A DNA stretch of 64,000 nt, from positions 8,548 through 72,547 of the forward strand of contig CAWABQ010000022.1 of the NCBI GenBank assembly GCA_963780265.1, given 5' to 3'. This stretch comes from Candidatus Bathyarchaeota archaeon. Lineage in GTDB: Archaea; Thermoproteota; Bathyarchaeia; 40CM-2-53-6. Every line of letters begins with the position of its first letter. Within the stretch, counting starts at the first letter, position 1. The notes beneath the pieces were generated by a model. That model saw only the letters and a list, made by a program, of their open reading frames with translations. It was not told where the DNA came from and made no database searches. The position numbers and the translations under genes are program-made. This document shows, piece after piece, positions 17,088 to 27,059 of this stretch.

Positions 17088-19104
17088 GTCTCCAGAGTAC
17101 AAGGGGCTAGCAAAAGAATGGATGAGGCTGCTTGAGTGCCCCGTCCCAGAATACAGGAGGGTTGCCGTCGACATCGAGGTCTTTCAGGCTGTAGAGTCAC
17201 GTATCCCTGACCCAGAATTATCGGAATACCCGGTAATCTGCGCAAGCCTTGTGGGCTCCGACGGAGCCCGCAGAGTTCTCCTCTTGCGGCGAGAGGGGAC
17301 GCCTGAGGGTCAAGCCTCGTTGCCAACTGGCGTCGAATTGGAATTCTATGAGAAAGAGGAAGAACTGTTGGTGGCACTGTTTCAGGCACTCTTGGAGTAT
17401 CCGATAGTGGCCACATTCAACGGGGACGATTTTGACTTAAAGTACCTCTACCACCGCGCCCAAAGGTTGGGTTTCAGAAATGAAGAGGTACCAATTGAGT
17501 TGGGCCGTGACGTTGCATTTCTCAAGTATGGCGTCCACATAGATCTCTACAAGTTCTTCTTCAATCGATCAATACAGATCTACGCGTTCGGCCAGAAATA
17601 CCGCGAGAACACTTTGGATGCTGTCGGCGAAGCGCTGATTGGTACTCAAAAGGTTGAGATAGAATCAGTATCGAAAGCATCCTACAAGCAACTGGCCGCG
17701 TACTGTTACCGTGACTCAGAAATCGTCCTCAGCCTAACCTCATTCAACGACGACTTGGTCATGAAGTTGATGACTGCAATTTCGCGAATCAGTTACATGA
17801 CTTTGGATGACGTCTCTAGGCAGGGGGTCTCTGGTTGGATTAGAAGTATTATGTTCTGTCATCACCGCAAACGAGGATACTTGATACCCAGAAAGGACGA
17901 GATTCTCGAGGTCAAAGGCCAAACTGTCACAGAAGCAGTCATCAAAGGCAAGAAGTACAAGGGTGCGCTCGTTGTCGAACCTAAGCCAGGTGTGCATTTC
18001 AACGTCGCCGTCCTCGACTTCGCCTCCCTGTACCCTTCGATCATCAAGGTTTGGAACCTCGGTTATGAGACAGTTCGTTGCCCGCATGAGGACGAGGCAT
18101 GCAAAAGAAACCTGATTCCAGGAACGCCCCACTGGGTCTGCAAGAAAAAACGCGGACTTGAGAGTCTCCTGATCGGGTCACTTAGGGACCTTCGAGTGAA
18201 CAGGTACAAGATCATGTCGAAGGACCGTTCCCTACCAAGGAATGTGCAGAGTTGGTACAAAGTTGTGTCCGATGCGACGAAAGTGATCTTGAACGCAAGC
18301 TACGGTGTCATGGGAGCCGATAATTTTGCATTGTATTGTCCGCCTGTCGCTGAGGCTACCGCCGCGATAGGCAGACATGTGATCACTCAAGCTTTGCAGA
18401 AGGCGCAGGAACTAAACTTGGAGGTTTTCTACGGCGACACGGATTCCATATTCCTCCAAGGCGAGGACGCGGTTTCGCTTAACAAGCTCATTGAATGGTC
18501 GAGCGGCCAGCTAAGAATGGAGTTGGAAATCGATAAGAACTATCGCTACTTGGCCCTGAGTTCAAGAAAGAAGAACTATTTCGGGGTCCTGCCTGACGGA
18601 AGCGTAGACATCAAGGGTTTGACAGGGAAGAAGCGGCATATACCCGAGTTCTTGCATGGCGCCTTCTACGAAATGGTTTCAACTCTCAGCGAAGTCAAAT
18701 CGCGGGAAGACATTGACACTGCGAAAGCGAAAATCACTGAAATTGTGAAGAAATGCTACGGGAAATTGCGAAACAGGGAATACACGCTCCATGAACTAGC
18801 CTTCTCAATGATGATGAGCAGAACCCCGGAGCATTACACGAAAACGACCCCGCAGCATGTGAAAGCGGCTAGGCAATTACAGCAGGCAGGCTCCGAAATG
18901 AAACCCGGCGACATCATATCTTTCGTGAAAGTCCGAGGTGAGCCTGGAGTCAAACCAGTACAACTTGCAAGGCTCGACGAGGTTGACACGGAGAAATACA
19001 TTGAATATATTCGGGGAACTTTCGAGCAGGTACTCGACGCCCTAGGGGTTGAATTCGATGACTTGGCCGGCGTAAAGAAACTCGAATCATTCTTCAGCGG
19101 GTAA
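17065..19104 (+). CDS. polB: family B DNA polymerase, exonuclease and polymerase domains
   Basis: Exo I is VAVDIEV, Exo II is FNGDDFDLKYL, Exo III is YCYRDSEIV. Pol A is LDFASLYPSII, Pol B is KVILNASYG, Pol C is YGDTDSIF. Confidence 0.95.
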   Translation: MIACFANESPEYKGLAKEWMRLLECPVPEYRRVAVDIEVFQAVESRIPDPELSEYPVICASLVGSDGARRVLLLRREGTPEGQASLPTGVELEFYEKEEELLVALFQALLEYPIVATFNGDDFDLKYLYHRAQRLGFRNEEVPIELGRDVAFLKYGVHIDLYKFFFNRSIQIYAFGQKYRENTLDAVGEALIGTQKVEIESVSKASYKQLAAYCYRDSEIVLSLTSFNDDLVMKLMTAISRISYMTLDDVSRQGVSGWIRSIMFCHHRKRGYLIPRKDEILEVKGQTVTEAVIKGKKYKGALVVEPKPGVHFNVAVLDFASLYPSIIKVWNLGYETVRCPHEDEACKRNLIPGTPHWVCKKKRGLESLLIGSLRDLRVNRYKIMSKDRSLPRNVQSWYKVVSDATKVILNASYGVMGADNFALYCPPVAEATAAIGRHVITQALQKAQELNLEVFYGDTDSIFLQGEDAVSLNKLIEWSSGQLRMELEIDKNYRYLALSSRKKNYFGVLPDGSVDIKGLTGKKRHIPEFLHGAFYEMVSTLSEVKSREDIDTAKAKITEIVKKCYGKLRNREYTLHELAFSMMMSRTPEHYTKTTPQHVKAARQLQQAGSEMKPGDIISFVKVRGEPGVKPVQLARLDEVDTEKYIEYIRGTFEQVLDALGVEFDDLAGVKKLESFFSG

Positions 19105-19110
19105 GACCCT

Positions 19111-19857
19111 TTGATCCAGATAATCGGACTCAGGAAGATGCCACTCACCAAACGCGGCGACAACATTGCCGACCAGGTCGTCAACGCGGCAAAAGAGGAA
19201 GGCGTCAAAATATCGAATCATGACATCCTAGTAATCGCCCAAAAAATAATCTCGAAAGCGGAGGGAGGAGTGATAAATCTGAAGACGGTAAAACCGTCCC
19301 CCAAAGCAGAGGAAATGTCGAAGACAACGGGGAAAGATCCCCGACACATTGAGACCATTCTCAGGGAAAGCGCGAAGGTCGTTCGGTTGAAGGGCCCACA
19401 CGTGATTGTGCAGACGCGCCATGGTTTCGTTTGCGCGAACGCCGGTGTCGATAAGTCAAACGTGGAAGATTCCGATTCGGTCGTCGTGCTCCCCGCCGAC
19501 CCTGATAGGTCAGCGCGGGAAATACGTCAGCGAATTCGTGAGCTTACTGGAGCTGATATAGCCGTGGTCATTTCTGACACTTTCGGGCGCGCCTGGCGGA
19601 TTGGGCAAGTAAACGTCGCGATAGGCGCTGATGGGCTGCGGCCCATAATCGATTACCGAGGGTCCAAAGACATGTTCGGTTACGTTCTCAACGTAACACA
19701 AATGGCTGTAGCTGATGAGCTTGCTTCGGCCGCCGAATTAGTCATGAAGAAGAGTGATGGGGTTCCAGTCGCCATCATCAAAGGCGTGGATTACGTAGAA
19801 GGCTCCGGTTCAGCGCGTGACCTCATCAGACCTGAGGAAGAGGACCTATTTCGTTAG
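19111..19857 (+). CDS. cofE: coenzyme F420-0:L-glutamate ligase
   Basis: LVIAQKIISKAEG, HGFVCANAGVDKSN and SDTFGRAWRIGQVNVAIG match CofE/FbiB N-domain motifs. Confidence 0.85.
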   Translation: MIQIIGLRKMPLTKRGDNIADQVVNAAKEEGVKISNHDILVIAQKIISKAEGGVINLKTVKPSPKAEEMSKTTGKDPRHIETILRESAKVVRLKGPHVIVQTRHGFVCANAGVDKSNVEDSDSVVVLPADPDRSAREIRQRIRELTGADIAVVISDTFGRAWRIGQVNVAIGADGLRPIIDYRGSKDMFGYVLNVTQMAVADELASAAELVMKKSDGVPVAIIKGVDYVEGSGSARDLIRPEEEDLFR

Positions 19858-19953
19858 TTACCCGGACATTTGGACAATTCCATCCCCCACCCCCCGTCGC
19901 GGCTTGGTATGCGTTGAAATCGGCCCCTTCGCAAGCTTAATTATTCCTAGATC

Positions 19954-20286
19954 TTGTGTCTCCCTGAAACGGTGTCCTGCATGGAGTCGGTTAAACCGCC
20001 AGTACCTGTCCACGTCGCTGACATGCAGGCTTTCGCGCGGCTCGCACTAGCGCTGACGGAAGGCTCACAAATCCTTTGGTACTTCAAACACAAAGGAAAG
20101 CACGTCTTGGGATTATTCACAGCTTACATGTACTGGGAAGGCGACCTCCCAATACTAGCCTACGCCTATTCAGATACGCCGCCTAAGGCGTTCCTCGCGT
20201 ACAGAAGTGACTCAGTGAAGGGCGAAGAGTGGGCGTTCACCGACGACGTGGATGACACGCGCTTTCAGATATGCTTCGTTCATTGA
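19954..20286 (+). CDS. uncharacterised protein, repeat 1 of an internally duplicated domain (frameshifted)
   Basis: ALTEGSQILWYFKHKGKHVLGLF...ILAYAYSD...TRF. It joins the next ORF at the T-run 20263-20265, giving ...DDTRFRYASFIELKSVPEPF.... Confidence 0.5.
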   Translation: MCLPETVSCMESVKPPVPVHVADMQAFARLALALTEGSQILWYFKHKGKHVLGLFTAYMYWEGDLPILAYAYSDTPPKAFLAYRSDSVKGEEWAFTDDVDDTRFQICFVH

Positions 20287-20821
20287 GCTGAAAAGTGTGC
20301 CAGAACCGTTCGCGGAGAGCTTAGACGGCAAATCACCAGATTTGCCGCCCCCTATGCTTGCTGAGGTTGAAGGACTCAAGTCTATCGCTAGAATCTTGCT
20401 CCCACTCTCGCTGAGGGAAGGAACATTATTCCCGCTGTGGCATTTCATGCGAGGCAAGAAGCATATTATTGGCACGTGTATTCCCTTCGAACATTACTAC
20501 GAAGCGGACGCACTGCCCGTTTTCTTCTACGTGTCCCAAGACGAGGCGCCAGAAAAGGGTTTCATAAAATACATCGCCGTCAAACCAGCTGGCGAGAGAG
20601 TTGAGTACTCGAATAACACCAGCGATGCCAAATTCTTCTACGCCGAAACTCGTCGACGTGAAGGACATGCCAATATTCCCCAAGTAATCGGACTCTTTTG
20701 TCGCTTTTGTGAGCCCCGGAGCCATCTACCCCCCACGGATGGAGGCCCAGGGTCGTCATGGAGGGAAGATATTGCGTGCTATGGAGTTCGGAGACATATC
20801 GCTCGTGATTGGCCATTCTAG
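20252..20821 (+). CDS. uncharacterised protein, repeat 2; true stop probably at 20685-20687
   Basis: SLREGTLFPLWHFMRGKKHIIGTC...VFFYVSQD...AKFFYAE parallels repeat 1. After the A-run 20646-20648, frame 3 reads LVDVKDMPIFPK*, which mirrors FIELKSVPEPFA after repeat 1. Confidence 0.5.
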   Translation: MTRAFRYASFIELKSVPEPFAESLDGKSPDLPPPMLAEVEGLKSIARILLPLSLREGTLFPLWHFMRGKKHIIGTCIPFEHYYEADALPVFFYVSQDEAPEKGFIKYIAVKPAGERVEYSNNTSDAKFFYAETRRREGHANIPQVIGLFCRFCEPRSHLPPTDGGPGSSWREDIACYGVRRHIARDWPF

Positions 20822-20989
20822 CACCCAAGCCCCGCTGATTATTGGCCACCGCAGAACCCGAAATTGCCTAAGTTTGTGGATGGAGTGGATTCCAGTCCCA
20901 TCCCTGAGGCTACATTACTTGGAATATGTCAACTCCAAGACCAAGATTTTTATTCACCGACATTTGTAGCGGGCTAGCAGTGGTTTCTG

Positions 20990-21322
20990 ATGGGTGGGGC
21001 TAAAAAGAAGAGCCTAGCGCAAATGGAGAAGCAACAGGTTCAACAAGACTCTGGAAAGAAACCTGAACCGGCAAAGAAAGCAAAGGGGAAGACCGTCGCA
21101 GAGAAGAAGGTCGCGGGAATAGGCCTTCCAAACTTTGACGACGCCAAGTTCACAGGTGAACTCTCGAAGATGGGTGCCCTTACACCCTACGGTATCGCTA
21201 CACAGTTTAACGTAAGACTGAGTGTTGCAAGAGATATACTTGAGGAACTGGAGCGGCGCCGGCTAGTGAAATCGGTCGGCGGAAACACGAGGATAAAAAT
21301 CTACAAGCTGGCAGCAGCCTAG
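20990..21322 (+). CDS. rps25e: 30S ribosomal protein S25e
   Basis: A Lys-rich N-terminus, then LTPYGIATQFNVRLSVARDILEELERRRLVKSV (the S25e wHTH). Confidence 0.85.
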   Translation: MGGAKKKSLAQMEKQQVQQDSGKKPEPAKKAKGKTVAEKKVAGIGLPNFDDAKFTGELSKMGALTPYGIATQFNVRLSVARDILEELERRRLVKSVGGNTRIKIYKLAAA

Positions 21323-21738
21323 ACTTTCTCAACTCTTATTTTCGTGCCACTCTTCAGCGTCCCGAATAACTCCAAGTTACTTGTTATCTTTCCCACTACA
21401 TTTACGGGGCTGTACGGCTGCGTCGCACCATAGAAGATGCACAGTGCTGAACCCATAGGCCAGTACGCAATAGTCCCAACCTCAACGTTGTTTTTTGCTT
21501 TCTCAACGCCCAACTTCACAGGAGTCTCGAAATAGATCTCTTCCTTCCACCTTGCCGCGCGGCCTTCAAATGGTAAGGCCTTCGCTAAGTTGTCAACAGT
21601 CATTGGACTTTGAAATCGAATCAATTCCCCTTCGGCCTCGCCGTAACCCTCCGCAACCAACCTAACCTTGTAACGACTTACGTCGCTTTCCGGCGGTTGA
21701 GCAGTAGGTTCGGTAGGCGGCGACGAACTGGTTGACAT
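21319..21738 (-). CDS. cyclophilin-like fold protein (TM1367-like family)
   Basis: RWKEEIYFETPVKL...VEVGTIAYWPMGSALCIFYGATQPYSPVNVVGKI matches the Cyclophil_like family pattern as I recall it. Confidence 0.55.
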   Translation of the reverse strand: MSTSSSPPTEPTAQPPESDVSRYKVRLVAEGYGEAEGELIRFQSPMTVDNLAKALPFEGRAARWKEEIYFETPVKLGVEKAKNNVEVGTIAYWPMGSALCIFYGATQPYSPVNVVGKITSNLELFGTLKSGTKIRVEKV

Positions 21739-21898
21739 GATTCCTTACTCCATTGATCCTAGGAGAACCACTTTTGGGCTTCCGTTCTTTAAAAGTTGGA
21801 CGTGCGTTCTCCTTTTCGCCAAAAGACGGTGAAATCTGTAGTTTTCTGACAAAAAGGATAACTACTACGGATTTCTAGCGCCCCGGAGGTAACACGAA

Positions 21899-23239
21899 TT
21901 GAGTAAGGCCATTCGCACCGTAATCATGGGCGCCGCTGGAAGAGATTTTCATAACTTCAACGTATACTTCAGAAACAACCCGGACTACGAAGTGGTGGCC
22001 TTCACAGCGACACAAATTCCAGGAATCGAGGGCCGCACGTACCCGACCGACCTGTCTGGGCCAAGATATCCGAACGGTATCCCAATTCTACCGGAGGATG
22101 ACCTACCCAAGGTCATCAAGGAGAAGAACGTAGACTTGGTCGTACTGGCTTACAGTGATCTATCATACGACGAGGTTATGCACAAGGCCTCTCTGGTTTT
22201 GGCTTGCGGTGCAGATTTCAGGTTGATGGGACCCAAAACGACGATGCTCAAGTCAAGGTTGCCGGTGATTTCTGTCTGCGCTGTGAGAACTGGAGCTGGC
22301 AAGAGCACGGTCTCGCGTTCAGTCTCTAAATCGCTCAAGAAATTCGCCGGCAGGGTGGTCGTAATCCGTCACCCTATGCCTTATGGAAATCTTTCGAAGG
22401 AAATTTGCCAGCGGTTCGCGACATACGACGATATGAAACGGTACGAATGTACCATTGAAGAGCGTGAAGAGTACGAACCCCACATTGACATTGGCAATGT
22501 TGTTTACGCAGGCGTCGATTACGAGAAAATCCTGCGTGAGGCCGAGAAAGAAGCGGACGTGATTTTGTGGGATGGCGGCAATAACGACATGCCATTCTAC
22601 AATCCGGATCTTCAAATCGTGGTTGTCGATCCGCAACGCCCGGGGCATGAACTCCGTTACTACCCGGGTGAAGTCAATCTGAGAATGGCCGATGTTGTCC
22701 TCATTAACAAGGTCGACAGCGCGGCTCCCGATGATATCGAAACCGTTCGCAAGAACATAAAACTGGCAAGGCCGGAGGCGAAAGTTGTGGAGGCAGCCTC
22801 TGATATTTACGTCGAGGACGTTGCGCACATTCGCGGTAAGAGAGTCGTCGCAGTGGAGGATGGACCAACGGTCACACATGGCGGGATGAAGGAAGGCGTC
22901 GGTGCCATGGCAGCAAGGAAGTTTGGGGCAAAGGAACTAATCGACCCCAAGCCATTCGCCATTGGCTCAATCAAACGTACGTACGAAAAATACCCACACC
23001 TTGGCCCAGTGCTCCCAGCCATGGGCTACGGTGAGAAGCAAATCAAGGAACTGGAGGAAACCATCGCCGCTATCGACTGCGATTCTCTCGTTCTCGGCAC
23101 GCCCATCGATTTGAGGAGAATCATGAATTTACCGAAACCTGCTGTTCGCGTCCGGTACGAAATTCGTGAAACCACGAAGCCGACTCTAGATGAAATTCTC
23201 CGATCGGTTCCTATTCTGGTAACCCTAAAGTCACGTTAG
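21899..23239 (+). CDS. P-loop GTPase of unknown function (COG2403-like)
   Basis: The N-terminus is VIMGAAGRDFHNFNVYF. The P-loop is AVRTGAGKSTVS and the GTP-specificity motif is VLINKVDSA. Confidence 0.6.
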   Translation: MSKAIRTVIMGAAGRDFHNFNVYFRNNPDYEVVAFTATQIPGIEGRTYPTDLSGPRYPNGIPILPEDDLPKVIKEKNVDLVVLAYSDLSYDEVMHKASLVLACGADFRLMGPKTTMLKSRLPVISVCAVRTGAGKSTVSRSVSKSLKKFAGRVVVIRHPMPYGNLSKEICQRFATYDDMKRYECTIEEREEYEPHIDIGNVVYAGVDYEKILREAEKEADVILWDGGNNDMPFYNPDLQIVVVDPQRPGHELRYYPGEVNLRMADVVLINKVDSAAPDDIETVRKNIKLARPEAKVVEAASDIYVEDVAHIRGKRVVAVEDGPTVTHGGMKEGVGAMAARKFGAKELIDPKPFAIGSIKRTYEKYPHLGPVLPAMGYGEKQIKELEETIAAIDCDSLVLGTPIDLRRIMNLPKPAVRVRYEIRETTKPTLDEILRSVPILVTLKSR

Positions 23240-23962
23240 AACTCGCTTCAACGTGTCGAAGATATATTCCAACTCGGGCTCGGTGAGCCTCGGATGTACG
23301 GGTAAGGAAAAGACCTGCCTGCAAGCCTTCTCAGTCTCGGGAAGAGGACGGCGCGAAGTAGAACGTTCACGGTACAGGGGAAGGAGGTGTAACGGAGACT
23401 CATAGTACACCGCCGCCTCAATGTTCCGCGACCGAAGCTTCTCCACAACCTTGTTACGCTTCCCAGCATTAGCCCCTCGCAACCTCAACGTATACAGATA
23501 CCACGCACTTCTCCGTCGCTCAGGTTCTTTCGGAGGTACCACTTTTCCAAGCATCCCAAGCTTTTCGCTAAAGAATTGTGCGTTCTTCCGTCTTCGCTCC
23601 AAGAAGGAGGGAAGTTTCCTCAGTTGAGCAATGCCCACCGCGGCGAGTAATTCCGTCATCCTGTAATTGTTACCAACGGTGGTAGGCCAGTAGGGGCGCT
23701 CTTCCCCGTGAGATCTAATCATCCGCAACTTTTCAGAGTAGTCGTCGTCGTTGGTTGTGACCATACCGCCCTCGCCGGTGGTCATGTTCTTTCCGGCATA
23801 CATGCTGAAACAAGTCATGTCCCCAATCGACCCAATCTTGGATCCATTGTACTCCGCGCCGTGAGCTTGCGCTGCATCCTCGATCAAGGTCAAGCCACGT
23901 TCTCTGGCAAGTTTCTTCAATGGGTCCAAGTCCGCTGGCAACCCGTACAAGTGAACCGGCAT
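23231..23962 (-). CDS. DegT/DnrJ/EryC1/StrS-family PLP-dependent sugar aminotransferase, C-terminal fragment
   Basis: PVHLYGLPADLD...LIEDAAQAHGAEYNG...FSMYAGKNMTTGEGG (PLP-Lys region). The break is at the runs around 23976-23980. Confidence 0.85.
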   Translation of the reverse strand: MPVHLYGLPADLDPLKKLARERGLTLIEDAAQAHGAEYNGSKIGSIGDMTCFSMYAGKNMTTGEGGMVTTNDDDYSEKLRMIRSHGEERPYWPTTVGNNYRMTELLAAVGIAQLRKLPSFLERRRKNAQFFSEKLGMLGKVVPPKEPERRRSAWYLYTLRLRGANAGKRNKVVEKLRSRNIEAAVYYESPLHLLPLYRERSTSRRPLPETEKACRQVFSLPVHPRLTEPELEYIFDTLKRVLT

Positions 23963-24183
23963 GATGACCTTTGTATTCCCGTCATCACGGCCTCAACGGT
24001 TTCAGCGGTTATCGTATATGTATCTGGGTCTATATCCGCAAAGACAGGTTCAGCCCCGGTCATCAGGACAACTTCTGCGGTTGCGTGAAATGTAAATGAT
24101 GGAATGATCACTTCATCGCCCGGCTTAACGCCTGCGACGAGTACGGCTGAATGGAGGGCCGCTGTACCGGTGTTAAGAGCCAC
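23917..24183 (-). CDS. DegT-family aminotransferase, middle fragment
   Basis: ALNTGTAALHSAVLVAGVKPGDEVIIPSFTFHATAEVVLMTGAEPVFADID. Confidence 0.8.
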   Translation of the reverse strand: MALNTGTAALHSAVLVAGVKPGDEVIIPSFTFHATAEVVLMTGAEPVFADIDPDTYTITAETVEAVMTGIQRSSCRFTCTGCQRTWTH

Positions 24184-24391
24184 AGCATGCTTGGCTCCAA
24201 CGTAACGCGAAATCTTTCTCGAATTCCAGAACTTTAGGTCCCATCCCGCTCTTCTCAGTCAGGATGCCACTCTTCAAAACTTCAACCGCGGCATCAATCT
24301 CCTCTTTGCCGATACTGGGCTGGTTTATTCGGATTAAGTCACGCACAATGATCGTCCCGAAGCCGCGTTCGCTGTCTACTCGAACGTTCAT
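24173..24391 (-). CDS. DegT-family aminotransferase, N-terminal fragment
   Basis: INQPSIGKEEIDAAVEVLKSGILT...VLEFEKDFA. Removing one base at about 24204-24205 gives ...DFAYVGAKHAVALNTGTAALH. Confidence 0.7.
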   Translation of the reverse strand: MNVRVDSERGFGTIIVRDLIRINQPSIGKEEIDAAVEVLKSGILTEKSGMGPKVLEFEKDFALRWSQACCGS

Positions 24392-24424
24392 CTAAAAGTG
24401 TTTCTAGCCTCGGAAGGAATTGGA

Positions 24425-24826
24425 ATGGGTAGAGAAGTTGCGGAGAAGCCCCGAATCCTAATCACTGACGAACTTACCATAAGAGCTACTTGAAAGAGTT
24501 CTACACGCACAAGCTAGAAACCGGAACTGAACATGTCCGAGACATTAGGCTGAATGAGCGAGTGCACAACAACAAGATGGGATGGTTGAATGGAGAAATT
24601 CGTGGCCGTGAAAAAGTCATGCGCTCGCTCAAGAGACCAAACATGCCTATACTATTTGGCTATCAACTCTTCCACAACTATGTGCGGCCACATGAAGCAC
24701 TAGGCGGTAGAACCCCGCGGGATTCAAGTCGAGGGTGATACCAAGTGGCTAACCCTAATCCTGCACGCAAGCTACCAAACGAAAAATAACAGATTGAAAG
24801 AACGAAACGACCAAAAACCAAGGTAA
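24425..24826 (+). mobile_element. degraded, 5'-truncated IS6-like DDE transposase remnant
   Basis: KPRILITDEL (second Asp region), then ...NNKMGWLNGEIRGREKVMRSLK...FHNYVRPHEALGGRTP, then in another frame GIQVEGDTKWLTLI. There are at least 2 frame changes (about 24491 and 24718). The catalytic Glu position is lost (MGWLNG versus the expected M-E-R-L-N-G), and the N-terminal third is absent. Confidence 0.6.
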
Positions 24827-24898
24827 CCGGCTAACAGAAACCTTATATGAAATTGCTTTTTGTTGGAGGGTTGGTCGGTGTAGCGGAGGCTTTGAGGT

Positions 24899-25606
24899 TT
24901 GTCGGCGACTATTGGTGGACAACGGCAGCAAATACTCAAAGAAGGGACTTCTAGCACACAGGGCCGGGAAGCTCAGCACGCCGATATTATGGCCGTATTG
25001 GTGATTGCGGAATCTGTCAGGTCATCTCTTGGACCCAAAGGCATGGATAAAATGCTCGTCGATGGTTTTGGAGATGTCACGATCAGCAATGACGGCGCGA
25101 CCATTCTCGATGAGATGGATGTGCAACACCCGGCCGCAAAAATGATGGTGGAAGTAGCCAAGACACAGGATGATGAAGTGGGAGACGGAACCACTACCGT
25201 GGTCGTCCTGGCTGGCGAGCTGCTGTCTAAAGCCCAAGTCTTGATGGATAAGGATGTTCACCCAACGGTAATTGTTGACGGCTACCAGATGGCCAGTGAA
25301 AAAGCGCTCGAATTCTTACACAAGATCGCTGTGAAAGTCAACCCGACTGACAAAGTGATGTTAAAGAAAGTCGCCAAAGTTGCCCTTTCGACCAAGTTGC
25401 TGGCAGAACACAAAGACTTCGCTGCGGAGCTTGCCGTTAAGGCGGTTCTTCACGTAACTGAAAAGTCGGGTACCCATTTCGGAGCTGATATTGACGACAT
25501 TAAGGTTGAAAAGAAACCTGGCGGGTCCCTAACGGATACTGTGCTCATTGGGGGTATAGTGCTCGATAAGGAGGTCGTTCACCCGGGGAATGCCCCGCCG
25601 CGTTGA
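24899..25606 (+). CDS. ths: thermosome (group II chaperonin) subunit, N-terminal fragment (frameshifted)
   Basis: [52 protein letters not shown]. The join at runs 25585-25590 gives ...[13 protein letters not shown].... Confidence 0.9.
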   Translation: MSATIGGQRQQILKEGTSSTQGREAQHADIMAVLVIAESVRSSLGPKGMDKMLVDGFGDVTISNDGATILDEMDVQHPAAKMMVEVAKTQDDEVGDGTTTVVVLAGELLSKAQVLMDKDVHPTVIVDGYQMASEKALEFLHKIAVKVNPTDKVMLKKVAKVALSTKLLAEHKDFAAELAVKAVLHVTEKSGTHFGADIDDIKVEKKPGGSLTDTVLIGGIVLDKEVVHPGNAPPR

Positions 25607-26549
25607 GAATGCTAGCATCGTGCTGTTGAATTGCCCGCTGGAAGTAGAGAAACCTGAGTTCGATGCGAAACTGAACATCCAGAATCCAGATCAGATGAAA
25701 AGCTTCCTCGACGAGGAAGAGAAGATCTTGAGGGGGATGGTTGACAAGATAGCGTCGAGCGGGGCTAACGTAGTCATCTGCGAGAAGGGTATCGACGATG
25801 TCGTGCAACACTTCATGGCTAAGAAGAATATGTTGGCCGTGAGGCGTGTGAAAGAATCGGACATGGAAAAACTCGCCAAAGCCACAGGCGCTAAAATCCT
25901 CACACAGCTCGAAGACTTAAAGGCCTCTGACCTGGGCCGAGCGAACCTGGTCGAAGAACGAAAGGTTTCAGATGATAAGATGACATTTGTGGAAGGATGC
26001 AAGAATCCAAAGGCCGTCAGCATCCTTGTTCGTGGGGGGACAGAAAGGGTTGTGGATGAAGCGGAGCGCGCTATTCACGATGCTTTATGCGTTGTTCGCG
26101 ACGTGGTCGTTGAACCTTACGTAGTTGCAGGTGGAGGAGCCCCAGAGGCCGAAGTATCGCGAATGCTCAAGGGCTACGCTCAGAGACTATCGGGGAAGGA
26201 GCAATTGGCAGTTCAAGCTTATGCGGAGGCATTGGAAATAATTCCACTGACCCTTGCTGAAAACGCTGGCATGGACCCAATCAACTCACTAATGGAAGTT
26301 AGGTCGAAGCATCAAGCCAAAGCAAAGTGGGTAGGTATTGATCCGTTCAAGGGGAAGGTGGCAGACCTTGCGAAACTCGAGGTTTATGAGCCACTTGCGG
26401 TAAAGGTGCAGGCTCTGCAATCCGCTGGCGAAGCCGCCTGCATGATTCTAAGGATTGACGATATCATAGCGGCCTCAAAGTCGAAGGGAGGCGGAGCGCC
26501 CAAGGGGCCAGAAGAAAGTGCCAAAGAAGAAGGAGAAGGCGAGTCCTAG
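25590..26549 (+). CDS. ths: thermosome subunit, C-terminal fragment
   Basis: [37 protein letters not shown], and an acidic C-terminal tail. Confidence 0.9.
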   Translation: MPRRVENASIVLLNCPLEVEKPEFDAKLNIQNPDQMKSFLDEEEKILRGMVDKIASSGANVVICEKGIDDVVQHFMAKKNMLAVRRVKESDMEKLAKATGAKILTQLEDLKASDLGRANLVEERKVSDDKMTFVEGCKNPKAVSILVRGGTERVVDEAERAIHDALCVVRDVVVEPYVVAGGGAPEAEVSRMLKGYAQRLSGKEQLAVQAYAEALEIIPLTLAENAGMDPINSLMEVRSKHQAKAKWVGIDPFKGKVADLAKLEVYEPLAVKVQALQSAGEAACMILRIDDIIAASKSKGGGAPKGPEESAKEEGEGES

Positions 26550-26820
26550 GAAAGCGGCCACTCAGCTTATCGGTCCGAAGAAACTCACGCGTTTTGAACG
26601 TGCTCGGATCGTGGGAGCGAGAGCTCTGCAATTATCCATGGGGGCCCCTGTACTTTTGGACGTGCCAGAATCAATCAAGTCCCCAATAGAACTCGCCGAA
26701 CTTGAACTGCAAGAAGGGGCACTTCCGATCAGTATTCGAAGGTCACTTCCGGACGGAACGAGCTTGAATATTCCACTTAAGACGCTTCTTGAAGGCGAAC
26801 GGGAAGAAGCGGAATTATAG
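26518..26820 (+). CDS. rpoK: DNA-directed RNA polymerase subunit Rpo6 (RpoK)
   Basis: [25 protein letters not shown] is the Rpo6/omega core motif. The GTG start overlaps the thermosome 3' end. Confidence 0.85.
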   Translation: MPKKKEKASPRKAATQLIGPKKLTRFERARIVGARALQLSMGAPVLLDVPESIKSPIELAELELQEGALPISIRRSLPDGTSLNIPLKTLLEGEREEAEL

Positions 26821-27034
26821 TTTGGCAGTTTCGCCAAATTCAACAGACGAAAGAAGGCTTTGGCTCTTCGCGTTCTTGATCCTTCTGCTAGTCTCGCTGT
26901 GGATCCTTACGATGCGCCTGTTGAATGGCGCATTCTTAGCATTGGATTTCGAAGTCACAATCGTATATCTGCCCACAGTGCTTGCAGGGATGATTGTTCT
27001 CTACCTTTTTCTGAGGATGAAATCCAGTCAGTAG
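26789..27034 (+). CDS. small two-helix membrane protein (start possibly the TTG at 26822)
   Basis: [20 protein letters not shown] and [18 protein letters not shown] are hydrophobic helices. No similarity recognised. Confidence 0.35.
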   Translation: MKANGKKRNYSLAVSPNSTDERRLWLFAFLILLLVSLWILTMRLLNGAFLALDFEVTIVYLPTVLAGMIVLYLFLRMKSSQ

Positions 27035-27059
27035 GCTTCTGCAGTCGTAACTCCTCGAA

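Noticed and set aside
16383-19104. Naturally split genes or inteins, considered for polB and likewise for herA, thermosome and topA.
   Set aside because: The fragments overlap in different frames with no independent start or RBS context. They join seamlessly after a 1-nt change at a homopolymer, and no intein-like insertion is present.
20709-20969. 86-aa ORF, and the 3' extension of the 20252 ORF to 20821.
   Set aside because: After correcting the A-run at 20646-20648, the duplicated-domain protein ends at 20687 with a sequence mirroring the end of repeat 1. The downstream ORFs look like non-coding read-through.
22319-22879. Long antisense or alternative-frame ORFs, e.g. 22319-22879(-), 17740-18132(-), 8817-9240(-), 651-1016(-), 2907-3209(+) and 40168-40467(-).
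   Set aside because: Each lies entirely inside a gene with strong motif support on the other strand or frame. They have skewed, Arg/Ser/Pro-rich composition typical of shadow ORFs.
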